A DNA stretch of 54,818 nucleotides, from positions 40,452,595-40,507,412 of the forward strand of contig NC_068993.1 of NCBI RefSeq assembly GCF_001194135.2. The letters are read 5' to 3'. Source of the stretch: Octopus bimaculoides (taxonomy: Eukaryota). Shown here one piece after another: positions 24,565 through 35,414 of this stretch (position 1 is its first letter; each line of letters starts with the position of its first letter). Position numbers and translations under genes: made by a program. Below the pieces are notes generated by a model. It did no database searches and was not told the DNA's origin. It saw only the letters and a list, made by a program, of their open reading frames with translations.

Positions 24565-24902
24565 GAAGGCGCATGGCTCAGTGGTTTCAACACCAGGCTC
24601 ACAATCATGAGGCAGTGAGTTCAATTCCCAGACTGAGCAGTGTGTTGTGTCCTTGAGCAAGGCTCTTTATTTCATGTTGCTCCAGTTGTCTCAGCTGTAG
24701 AAATTAGCTGCGATGTCACTGGTGCCAAGCTGTATTGGCCTTTGCCTTTCCCTTGGATAACATCAGTGGCGTGGATAGTGGGGGGGGGGTATGCATGAGC
24801 GACTGCTTGTCTTCCATAAACAACCTTGCCCAGACTTGTGCCTCGGAGTTTCTAGGTGCAATCCCATGGTCATTAATAGCTGGAAGGGATCTTTACCCTT
24901 TT
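24565..24902 (+). mobile_element. tRNA-derived SINE with CORE-like centre and TSD
   Basis: Head GGCGCATGGCTCAGTGG...GAGTTCAATTCCC, GTCCTTGAGCAAGG, tail ATCTTTACCC. Imperfect TSD ATATACACCACCC (24550-24562) / ATATACCACCC (24903-24913). Confidence 0.8.
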
Positions 24903-25545
24903 ATATACCACCCACCTCCCTAACATATTTGTTATAATACAGACATGATGATGCTGATCATCATCATTATTATCATCATCATTGTTTTAATGTCACTTTT
25001 CCATGCTTGCATGAGTCAAATGGAATTTATTGAGGCTGATTTTCTATGACCAGACACCCTTCCTGTTGTCAAACCTCACCTGACCAAAACCTTGTCAATG
25101 GATTTGGTAGACAGAAACTGAAAGAAGCCCATCACAAATGTGTGTATGTTATTGTCTCTTTGTCATGACTTTGTGTAAACAAATGTCATCATCATTTAAG
25201 CAAATACTTTGTGTCCAATCTTCTGTGAAAAGCATGCCTGATTACAGGGAAATATTAGCTTACCTGGAAACAGGTGATAGTTGGTGACAGGGAAAGCATC
25301 CAATCATGGAAAATCTGTCTCAACAAAATTTCATCCGATCCATATGAGCATGGAAAAGCATACATTAAAATGATGATGATATATGATGAATATGCTTCAG
25401 CTTCCATCACCCAAACCCAGTCACAATATGCTGTGTGTTATGTTAATCTTAACCCGATTTCATTCATTAATCTCACTGTATTTTGATCATTTTGAAAAAT
25501 AATCCACGAGTTTAAGTTTGTCTTTGCATTTTTTTCTCTCCTCAG

Positions 25546-25611
25546 AGTTCTCTTTATTTGTTACGTCTTACTGGTCAGTCATGGTTGCCAAGACATTCTT
25601 CCAGCTTTACG
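25546..25611 (+). CDS. Candidate 66-nt internal exon
   Basis: Long pyrimidine tract TTTGTCTTTGCATTTTTTTCTCTCCTCAG and consensus donor ACG|GTAAGT. All three frames are open; phase 2 gives VLFICYVLLVSHGCQDILPALR. The best splice-site pair I found in the window. Confidence 0.5.
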
Positions 25612-25674
25612 GTAAGTGCCATTTTATACTTTCTAACTTTTATATCACATTGTTTCATATCCATTCATTTAGAA

Positions 25675-26063
25675 AAAGGCGTAGCTGTGTGGTAAGAAGC
25701 TTGTTTCCCTACCATATTATTTCAGGTTCAGTCCCACTGTGTGGCACCTTGGGAAAGTGTCTTCTACTATAGCTTTGGGCTGACCAAAACCTTGTGAGTG
25801 GATTTGGTAGACTGAATTTGGAAACGGAAAGAAGCCCATTGTATATATATATATATATATCTTTGAAACGTCTAGTTAGAATAGAGGCAGCTGACGAAGG
25901 ATTAATTCCAAGTGGCTATCTGTTTTCCTATGTGTTCGTTCCGTGATCTGTAGTTCATTGTTCTAACGTCCTGTACCCTGATATGCATCTATATACACAT
26001 GTAGATGTAAGTATGTACATATATGTGTATACATGCATATATATTCTTTGTATTCTATATATA

Positions 26064-26117
<54 letters not shown>

Positions 26118-26310
26118 TATATATGTGTATGTCTTTGACAGTTGGTGTGTTTATGTCCTTGTAACTTAGTGGTTCGGCAAAAGTGGACGATAAAATAATC
26201 TCTAGGCTTTAAAACAGAAAGTCCTGGAGTTGATTTCTCCGACTAAATCCCTTCAAGGTGGTGCTCCAGCATGGCTGGAGTCAACTGACTGAAACTGGTT
26301 AAAGAATAAT
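25675..26310 (+). mobile_element. Composite SINE A/B interrupted by an unrelated ~130-bp insert
   Basis: Head 25675-25845, (TA)n, insert at ~25861-25990 carrying hammerhead half-motifs, (TA)/(CA)n, module B at 26135-26310. Confidence 0.7.
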
Positions 26311-26627
26311 AGAATGAAAGAATATTTGTGACAAGGGCAGTATTAATAGGAAGAGGTAATATTTATCAGCACTTGAACACGAATGTTCTATTAGAACAAG
26401 CTATACTGTGATAGAGACTTTCATATTGGTTTTTGGTACAAAATACATGCTTGCTTTATATTCCTAGTGGGGAGATAAACATTTGCCATCTCCAGCACTG
26501 AGATCACCAGATCTCATAATTTCAACATTCTTGATCTCATCAGTGATGGATGATCAACTGCAAGAGATAGCAGCGACCCTTCTCCCAGCCAGTGATACAA
26601 AAACAGTGTTAGAAGAGGCATACAGGG

Positions 26628-26678
<51 letters not shown>

Positions 26679-26906
26679 NNNNNNNNNNNNNNNNNNNNNN
26701 NNNNNNNNNNNNNNNNNNNNNNNNNNNNNNNNNNNNNNNNNNNNNNNNNNNNNNNNNNNNNNNNNNNNNNNNNNNNNNNNNNNNNNNNNNNNNNNNNNNN
26801 NNNNNNNNNNNNNNNNNNNNNNNNNNNNNNNNNNNNNNNNNNNNNNNNNNNNNNNNNNNNNNNNNNNNNNNNNNNNNNNNNNNNNNNNNNNNNNNNNNNN
26901 NNNNNN

Positions 26907-26999
26907 ATGTTTTACAGCCGGACCTTAGGTTTCGAACTTTAATTAGCAAATAAAATAATTTGCAAGGCGAAGTTCTCATCAGCGGCTACACCAAAACAT
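26907..26999 (-). ncRNA. Type I hammerhead ribozyme with intact catalytic core
   Basis: Minus strand: ATGTTTTGGTGTAGCCG-CTGATGA-GAACTT...AAGTTC-GAAA-CCTAAG-GTC-CGGCTGTAAAACAT. Stem I AGCCG/CGGCT plus ATGTTTT/AAAACAT; stem II GAACTT/AAGTTC enclosing GCAAAT/ATTTGC; stem III ACC/GGT; GUC cleavage predicted between 26921 and 26920. Confidence 0.88.
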
Positions 27000-27819
27000 T
27001 AACATATAAATTAGAGACAAAATAACACATGTCTCATCCTTATATATTATAATTTTTCAAATCCTCCACGCAAGCACAGTTTCAATCGGCAGCTGATATA
27101 GATTCCGATTAAACTTAAGAAATTGCTAAAATCATTTCTTAAAATTAATATAGGGTAGGAAAAATTATAGAAATTTTTTTCTACCAGTGGCCTAGCATGT
27201 ATACAAAGTCAAGACATATTTTTCATATAAAAATTAGTGTACATTTAAACACAAAAGAGGCGAGCCTTAACACGTTGCCTTACATACTAGAAGGGACAGT
27301 CGAGCTTCCACATGGTTTCTGTCTATAAAATTCACTCACAAGGTATTGGTTGATGCAGGGCTGTAGCAGAAGACACTTGTCTATGGTGCCACATTGTGGG
27401 ATGGGATTGAACCAGAAATCGCATGGTGGCAAAGCGAGCTTCTTAACTACATGATGATTTGCTCCCATACACACATACACATATTATAAGCCCTGTTGAG
27501 TGTTATAGTGCATTTACTTTTTCAAATCCAAGATAAAATAGTTTTATAAAGTTTTAAAAAAATATCCTGAAGTTTAAAAGTGAAAATCCAAGAATTTTAT
27601 TTTATGATGTTTTTGTTTTGCTTTTATTTTTTTATATTTCATTTTTACTTTGCTTAAGGTGACAGTTGTTTTGCATTTTAAAATAAAAATGCAAAAAGGT
27701 TTGTTGTTACTTGCCTAAAGAGTTGGCATTTAAACTGCTCTGGCTTTTGCAGAAGCTAGCTTAGTCATCTGTGTTTTTAGTTCTTGTCTAAAAACTTTGT
27801 TACTAACTCATGCCTTGAG

Positions 27820-27821
<2 letters not shown>

Positions 27822-27870
<49 letters not shown>

Positions 27871-27882
27871 TATTATTATTAT
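27822..27882. repeat. (TTA)n microsatellite
   Basis: Direct inspection. Confidence 0.95.
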
Positions 27883-28111
27883 TTCTGTTGAAAAGAAAAA
27901 GAAACATGTCTTTACTGTAGAATAGATCTAATATTACTCATGCATGGGTAGTTCAGAAAATATTGAAGATTTAAAGTTCATTAAATTTTATTCTCTAAAA
28001 TAGGAATCACAGCTTTTTAGTGTTTTATTGTTTGAAATATTCATATGGAAACCTTGTGATTAGATTTAGATGTGGGAGACAGAAAGAAGCCTGTTGTGCA
28101 TGTGTGTGTGC

Positions 28112-28380
28112 GTGTGGCCTAATGGTTAAGGTGTTGCTCTTACAATTGTAAGATTGTGGTTTCGATTCCCAGATTGGCAGTACATTGAACAAAACTCTTC
28201 ATTTCTCACTGCTCCAGTTCACTCTGCTATAAATGCACCAGTGATGGACTGGCGTTCAGTTCATGGGGTATGTTGGCTTGCCCACCTTGACAGTAGGGTG
28301 GCATCACTTGAAAGGTAAAATAATGTGAGGAAGTGCATTGTAACAAGCAGTGAATAACAGCATCCAGTAGGCTGGTAGAT
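28112..28380 (+). mobile_element. tRNA-derived SINE with GATGGACTGGC central motif
   Basis: Head GTGGCCTAATGGTTAAGG...GGTTTCGATTCCC; central CCAGTGATGGACTGGCG. Confidence 0.7.
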
Positions 28381-28470
28381 GCAGTGATCTATATGTACGT
28401 ATGTATGTAAGTATGTGTTTGTTCATGCATGTATGTAAATGAATGGCAACAACTGATGGATAATGTGTCG

Positions 28471-28555
28471 ATTCACTACAGCTGTTTCTAATGAATTTTT
28501 AATTGATTAATGGAGTTATTACATGATTAGAAAAAACCCTTTTCATCAGGTAAAT
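28471..28555 (-). ncRNA. Type I hammerhead ribozyme, core motifs intact, stem II decayed
   Basis: Minus strand ATTTAC-CTGATGA-(54-nt AT-rich, poorly paired stem II)-GAAA-CAGCT-GTA-GTGAAT. Stem I 6 bp, palindromic AGCT loop III, GUA triplet. Confidence 0.65.
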
Positions 28556-29753
28556 ACATGAACCACAACATTTACAAACATTAAAAAAATTAATGGTATA
28601 TGCACCTTCATGATTCTACGAGAATATGTATGTATGCATGTATGTATATATGTACATATCTATGAGGAGTTTTCATTGACTAACATTATGTAATAGGTAT
28701 GTACTATTAGTGCTCAGTTTGGTTTACCTCTAAAACTCTGGTTTGAACTGCAACTGAAAAATGTGGTGTTGAGACTGCCTATTGAAGGTGGCTAGAAGTG
28801 GTTTCTCCTTGAGTGAGCAGATATAGATTAAAATAAAAAATGTAAAAGCAAAACATTTGGTATTACTCAAAAAAGAAATAAACATTTAATTTAGACAAAG
28901 AGTATAAATAGAGAATATATATATATGTATATATGTATCAGTCTCACTGTGCTGCACCTTGGGCAAGTATCTTCTATAGCCCTGAGCTGACCAAAACTTT
29001 GTGAGTGGATTTGGTGCTGATGATATGGAATAGGCTCCCAGGACATGCTGTAAAGTTGTTGGCTTTAGGAACGGCACCCAAGCTACAGAGACCATGCTGA
29101 AGAAGACACTGGAGCACAATGAAGTCCTTGAGCACATTAGATCATGTCAAAACGTTCAACCCTTGCCAGCATGGGACATGGTTGTTTAATGATGATGGTA
29201 ATGATGCTTGATAAATTTACTATCATTAAATCACATTCATGCCTATCTCATATGCTTTTAATTGTTTATCTACAAAATGACAGGACGAATTTAGCTCACC
29301 AGCTACATTCTACTACAATACAAGTCAAATTTTTGAAAAGCAAATATTTGCCCAATTCTCTGAAATGCAACTTTAAACTAAATTTTTCTACAACCTTAGC
29401 AGTAACCAATCTAGTATTTTCTTTGTATCATACCAGCAAGTCTAGAATCTGTCTCAATTCTTCACTTTTACTGTATAGCTCACACACTAGCTTTATTCTC
29501 TGGTGAATGCTAAAATGGTAATCGTTGCAAGAAAGTTGAAGGAAGTTAATCTAGTTTTGTTGATCTTTGTTGGTTTCCCTTTTCTTTTTTTTTTTTTTCT
29601 TGGTTTTCTTTCGATGCTTCTTGCTACATTCATTCACTTTAATGGTAGTGTTAGTTATGAAAGAGCTTTGAGGCCTTTTTTCTTCCTTATTATGGTTCAT
29701 TTTTGTAAAAATTTTATTTTATATTTTGAGAGACAGTTATATATTCCACCCCC

Positions 29754-29806
<53 letters not shown>

Positions 29807-29917
29807 ACGTTCATCATTTAAACTTTTCCATCCCACCACCCTTTCTCTGTTGGATTCTAGAATCTGTTTTCTGACCTTGTCTACAACCCTAGAAGGCAAA
29901 TTGGTTGCTATACTTAC

Positions 29918-29956
29918 ATTGAACTCGAATACTGACTGGCGTTTACAAGAATATTG
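29918..29956 (-). CDS. Candidate 39-nt micro-exon (QYSCKRQSVFEFN or NILVNASQYSSS)
   Basis: Acceptor AATTTTACAG, donor AAT|GTAAGT, upstream TGCATG, CpGs retained. Splice signals only. Confidence 0.25.
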
Positions 29957-31225
29957 CTGTAAAATTTTAATTCTTTCCACAGAATGCATGCACTGAAAGA
30001 AGCTTGCTAGCTTACCGCTTCCGGTGGTTTCCTTTGGGAGAAAGTTTTGGGTCTTTTTTTTTTTTATTATNNNNNNNNNNNNNNNNNNNNNNNNNNNNNN
30101 NNNNNNNNNNNNNNNNNNNNNNNNNNNNNNNNNNNNNNNNNNNNNNNNNNNNNNNNNNNNNNNNNNNNNNNNNNNNNNNNNNNNNNNNNNNNNNNNNNNN
30201 NNNNNNNNNNNNNNNNNNNNNNNNNNNNNNNNNNNNNNNNNNNNNNNNNNNNNNNNNNNNNNNNNNNNNNNNNNNNNNNNNNNNNNNNNNNNNNNNNNNN
30301 NNNNNNNNNNNNNNNNNNNNNNNNNNNNNNNNNNNNNNNNNNNNNNNNNNNNNNNNNNNNNNNNNNNNNNNNNNNNNNNNNNNNNNNNNNNNNNNNNNNN
30401 NNNNNNNNNNNNNNNNNNNNNNNNNNNNNNNNNNNNNNNNNNNNNNNNNNNNNNNNNNNNNNNNNNNNNNNNNNNNNNNNNNNNNNNNNNNNNNNNNNNN
30501 NNNNNNNNNNNNNNNNNNNNNNNNNNNNNNNNNNNNNNNNNNNNNNNNNNNNNNNNNNNNNNNNNNNNNNNNNNNNNNNNNNNNNNNNNNNNNNNNNNNN
30601 NNNNNNNNNNNNNNNNNNNNNNNNNNNNNNNNNNNNNNNNNNNNNNNNNNNNNNNNNNNNNNNNNNNNNNNNNNNNNNNNNNNNNNNNNNNNNNNNNNNN
30701 NNNNNNNNNNNNNNNNNNNNNNNNNNNNNNNNNNNNNNNNNNNNNNNNNNNNNNNNNNNNNNNNNNNNNNNNNNNNNNNNNNNNNNNNNNNNNNNNNNNN
30801 NNNNNNNNNNNNNNNNNNNNNNNNNNNNNNNNNNNNNNNNNNNNNNNNNNNNNNNNNNNNNNNNNNNNNNNNNNNNNNNNNNNNNNNNNNNNNNNNNNNN
30901 NNNNNNNNNNNNNNNNNNNNNNNNATTAAAATCTTGAAGTTTGGACATAATACATGATTAATTTCGAAGCAATGTAAATAGATAGGTGCAGGCGTGGCTA
31001 TGTTGTAAGATGCTTGCTTCCCAACCACATGGTTCTGGGTTCAGTCCCACTACGTAGTACCTTTGGCAAATGTTTTAGGCTGACCAAAACCTTGAAAGTG
31101 GATGTGGTATATCTTTGTCCCTTCACCACTACTTGACAACTGGTGTTGGTGTGTTTGCCTCCCCATAACTTAGCAGTTCAGCAAGAGATACTAACAGAAT
31201 AAGTATGAGGCTTGACTAAAAATTT

Positions 31226-31505
31226 AAAGAGACACTAGCAGGACTGGTTCCTGTGCAGGTGGCACGTAAAAAACACCATTTTGAGCGTGGCCGTTGTCAG
31301 TACCCTCCTGACTGGCCCTCGTGCCGGTGGCATGTAAAAGCACCCACTACACTCTCGGAGTGGTTGGCGTTAGGAAGGGCATCCAGCTGTAGAAACTCTG
31401 CCAGATCAGATTGGAGCCTGGTGCAGCCATCCGGTTCACCAGTACTCAGTCAAATTGTCCAACCCATACTAGCATGGAAAGCGGACATTAAATGACGATG
31501 ATGAC
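31226..31505 (+). mobile_element. 5'-truncated RTE 3'-UTR module inserted into a SINE, with 36-bp TSD
   Basis: Flanking direct repeats at 31190-31225 and 31506-31541 (34/36 identical). Confidence 0.85.
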
Positions 31506-31734
31506 ACTAACAGAATAAGTAGAAGGCTTGACTAAAAATTTGATTAAAAATACTTGAATGACTGAAGCAAAGGAAAAAAAAAAAATAATATTTGACAGAG
31601 TAATCTGATTAATAAAGGATTAAAGTATTCATAATTACTAGCTGGACCTTTAAAAAAGTCACGTCAAACATAAAAAATGTAAGCATCTGTAAACAGTGTA
31701 CTGGTGCCTTGAGAAATGTTTGTATATTTTGACT

Positions 31735-31890
31735 GTCTGTCTTTACTTTCTGAGTTCAAATTCTGCTGAGGTCGACTTTGCCTTTCGTCCTTTTGGTGTC
31801 GATAAACTAAGTACCAGTTGTGTACTGAGGTCAATCTAATCAACTGGTCTCCTCCCCACAAAAATTTCAGGCCTAGAAAAGTATATTGTA
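31735..31890 (+). mobile_element. SINE family C central part
   Basis: CTGAGTTCAAATTCTGCTGAGGTCGACTTTGCCTTTCGTCC...GATAAACTAAGTACCAG. Confidence 0.75.
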
Positions 31891-32276
31891 ATAGAGTTAT
31901 AGAATATTGAAAGTAATGTAACACCAATGACTATATAATCCAGCCAAAATATCTCAGTTACACAAACATGAACGGAATTACTATTTAACCTTAAAATACA
32001 TTGTACATGTTCAAAGAACCTTCTTGGTTTAGTGGTACGGAACGTTTCTCTGGTTTTCTTTTATTCTTTTACTTGTTTCAGTCATAGGAGAAGATACTTG
32101 CCCAAGTAAGTGTGACGCACACAACAGGTACAGACAAAAACAGAAAGTTAACGTATTACTATTATTAATATTAAGATCTTTCATTATTCATGCAAGAATC
32201 TCTTGTCAAGTTATGTTCTGAACATCGATTTAATAATAGCAAAGTCAGTTGTTAATCTCTCTCGAGTTACATGATA

Positions 32277-32478
32277 TATGAGAGGCTGTTGTAAAGTTCC
32301 TGGCTTTAAGGGTATTGCGAAAGGCTTAGTTGGAGGCCTAACCTTCCAAGTTTTTTTTATAGGGCTTAGAAGAACTGAAGGACCACTGCAATAAGTGTGT
32401 GAATCTGAGAGGGGAATATGTTAAATAAAATCATAATTTACTGCTTGCCCTGTGTTTTCTTTTACCTAAAACCACCAG
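32277..32478 (+). mobile_element. Mariner-derived MITE, copy 2
   Basis: Aligns to 9314-9534; right TIR decayed. Confidence 0.8.
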
Positions 32479-32777
32479 AACCTCTCTTAGAAAAAGTAGT
32501 GTAGGGAAGAAAATCTTCAGTTCCTTTTCAGTTAAAAATAAAATATTTCATTATATTGTTATATATACCAATTTCGTTTTGAATAGAAGATGATCGTATA
32601 TGTGTGATTGTTTTCTATTAGAAGTGAAACTGGTATGTAATAATGCGTTTTGAAGTAATTTGATTAATTACAATTCAAAAGGAATTGTGCATTTTCTTAT
32701 TCAGTTATTTTGCACACACGTATGCGCACACATGCACACACACATTCATTGTTTAGGTATTAGGCCACTAAACTGGC

Positions 32778-33005
32778 TGAACCCTCTAACATTTAAACCA
32801 GCCATATCTGGCCAAAATGTTCCATCTGCTTTATTTTCAAACTGGCCAGATCTGACTAATTACAGTAACCCTACAATAACATTGTAAAAGCTAACAGTTA
32901 CCTCATCAAAATTTCAAAGCTACAAGATAATGCATGATGAATTCAAAACAATGTGAATAAATATGCATTACATCTGACAGAATAATGTGAATGCTAAAGG
33001 GTTAA
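32778..33005 (+). mobile_element. piggyBac-like MITE
   Basis: Ends AATGCTAAAGGGTTAA; aligns to 22205-22422. Confidence 0.75.
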
Positions 33006-34510
33006 ATAAACTATCCATCACGGAGGTCTCGCTTTGGCTGTGCAAGCTGTATGGTTGGTGACCCCAACAGTGCTGGTGCTGTGAAAAACCCCTAGTACAC
33101 TGTAAGTGGGTGCTAATCAGTTCAAATTAAAACAGAAAAAACCCAAAAAAACTAGAAGTATGGTTCTGAGAGGATTTAACTTTACACCTGTTTCAATCTT
33201 GTTTCTGTTTAGATCTTGTGTGTTTTTTAACACTTTTACTTGTGTGAGTCTTCGACTTGTGGCCATACTGAGGCAGTATATATTAATAAAACACTTGTTT
33301 ATATGGCAGTACAGTTGTGTGTGTGTGTGTGTGTGTGTGAATGTTAGGGTGATTTTTTAAAATTTATATTTTGTGAAATTTTGATATTTGTGTATTTGTA
33401 TTTTTTTGTATGCTTCTCTTACTATTGTTCAATGAAGAAAGAAATATGAATGAGTGTGACCTATAGGTAGCCAGTCAGACTGAAACTAATGGTCATGTGC
33501 CTCACCCAGGGGCATATAAACAATGGTTGCAGTGTAGTTTATGGCAATATATTTTTGAATATATAGCAGAAATTTTATTTTACCACTTTCCTATACAAGA
33601 TTTCAGATATTATGTCTTCCTGACACTTTCTGTTTCTTTAGAGAAATAATAATAATAATAATAATCTTGGCAAAAGAAATAAAGAAATGTATGAATGTTT
33701 CTTGTTAGCTATTGTTTTCTTTGTCTTTTCTTTTAAACTCTTTATTTTCCTCATATTTGCTTTATTACACTTTGATGGAAGAACCTAGAAAGACATTTGC
33801 AGGTTCCTGAATCTAGGTTCCTGCTGTCCTCTCCTCGAACCAAACTTGTTGTTTTGAATTAAAGAACAAAAAACAAAAAAGCACTCACGCACACACACAC
33901 AGACACACACACACACACACACACATACAATAAAAAGGAATTAGATAAGTAAAAATGAAAACAAATAAAAGAGAGAACGAAGAAAATGATGAAGAAGACA
34001 TAGAAGAAGAACCTTAGAATTTATCATATCTGTCCAATTCCTGTTGTTTTTTTTTTATCTTCTTTCTCTGATTTCAAACATCAAATAAGAAAATAACAAA
34101 CAAACAAAAAAATAGAAAAAGGGAGAAAAAAAGTTACATAAAAGATCTATCACCATCAGGCTTTGAATAGAGTCATAAAAACATGAAAATAAAGAATAGT
34201 ATTGTGCTCTTTTTTCCTTCTTTCTCTTTTTGTTTCTTCTTTATATTAATAACACTGGTTCTTTTTAATGTTATATTCTCACCCTCTCTTATTCTCAATT
34301 CTTGAACTTTTTTTCAAATACTTGTTATTCTTACATTGTGCCTCATTCTGAGTGCGTGCATATGCGTATATGTATGTCTGTATGTATGTATGTATGTATG
34401 TTCTGTATTGAATTTTCTTGCTATTTTCTTTCTCGCAAATAATTTTTCACTTTTCTCTCGGCTCTAAATACATTATGAAAGCTTTCCAGTTTCAACAAAT
34501 TTTATATGAA

Positions 34511-34557
<47 letters not shown>

Positions 34558-34724
34558 TATATGGTAAATTTTAAATTTGTTGAAATTGGAAAGTTATATA
34601 TGTATCTGTGTATGTTTGTGCATATCTATCTATTTATCTATCTATCCATCTATCTTTCAAATTTATCTATCTATCTAATCTATCTATCTATTTATCTATC
34701 TCTCTATTTATCTAATCTACCTAT

Positions 34725-35168
34725 TTATCCCGTTCGAGATAAGCTCTACAGGCATGGTTTGAGACACACCGGACCGACCGACTTGCCCAAGATGCAGTCA
34801 GAGCGACGAAACCGTTCTGCACGCACTCGTGCAGTGTCCAAGCATTTCGGACCTGTGGGCTTATGCCAAATGGCTGCTGTCATGTGTGGGATGAGTGGGC
34901 CTGTCGGCCAAGTCTATCGTGTTGATTTCTCTGCCACCTTCCCTCATCCGGGAAGGCAATGCAGTCTTCATCATACTGGTGGCCATGGTGAAAGAATGTG
35001 TGTGGTGGACTTGAGCGAAAGGATTAGAGACAAACACTTACCTCACTTTGAGCATGATCCTGTAAATCAAAAAAAGGGAGAGAGCACTTTGTTCTTATGC
35101 GTTTATTCCCTTCCTGCCTGAGGTTACCGTGGTCTTTTCCGTAGGCCTTTCTTTCCATGGGTAAACCT
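34725..35168 (+). mobile_element. Tx1/L1-clade LINE ORF2 C-terminal fragment
   Basis: 'PVRDKLYRHG', then after a frameshift 'CPRCSQSDETVLHALVQCPSISDLWAY' (C-x2-C-x8-H-x4-C at 34784-34837) and 'AVFIILVAMVKECVWWT'. In-frame TGA stops are consistent with CGA decay. Confidence 0.8.
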
Positions 35169-35414
35169 ANNNNNNNNNNNNNNNNNNNNNNNNNNNNNNN
35201 NNNNNNNNNNNNNNNNNNNNNNNNNNNNNNNNNNNNNNNNNNNNNNNNNNNNNNNNNNNNNNNNNNNNNNNNNNNNNNNNNNNNNNNNNNNNNNNNNNNN
35301 NNNNNNNNNNNNNNNNNNNNNNNNNNNNCCCTTCTGTGTTCAGCCCTGTGTGGCCAATAAAGAAAGTTATGTCTATCTATCTGTCTGTCTAACCTTGCTG
35401 TGTGTGTGTGTGAA

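Noticed and set aside
35042-35059. 18-nt minus-strand micro-exon (DHAQSE) with excellent splice sites
   Set aside because: Lies antisense inside the Tx1 fragment. It could be exonised, but chance is the simpler explanation without RNA data.
34561-35121. 186-aa plus-strand ORF and GC/CpG-rich island; also considered as a C/D snoRNA (ATGATGA...CTGA on minus) or a pseudoknot RNA
   Set aside because: A different frame gives a Tx1/L1 CCHC zinc knuckle and flanking motifs, which explains the composition. The listed ORF is off-frame and starts in a microsatellite.
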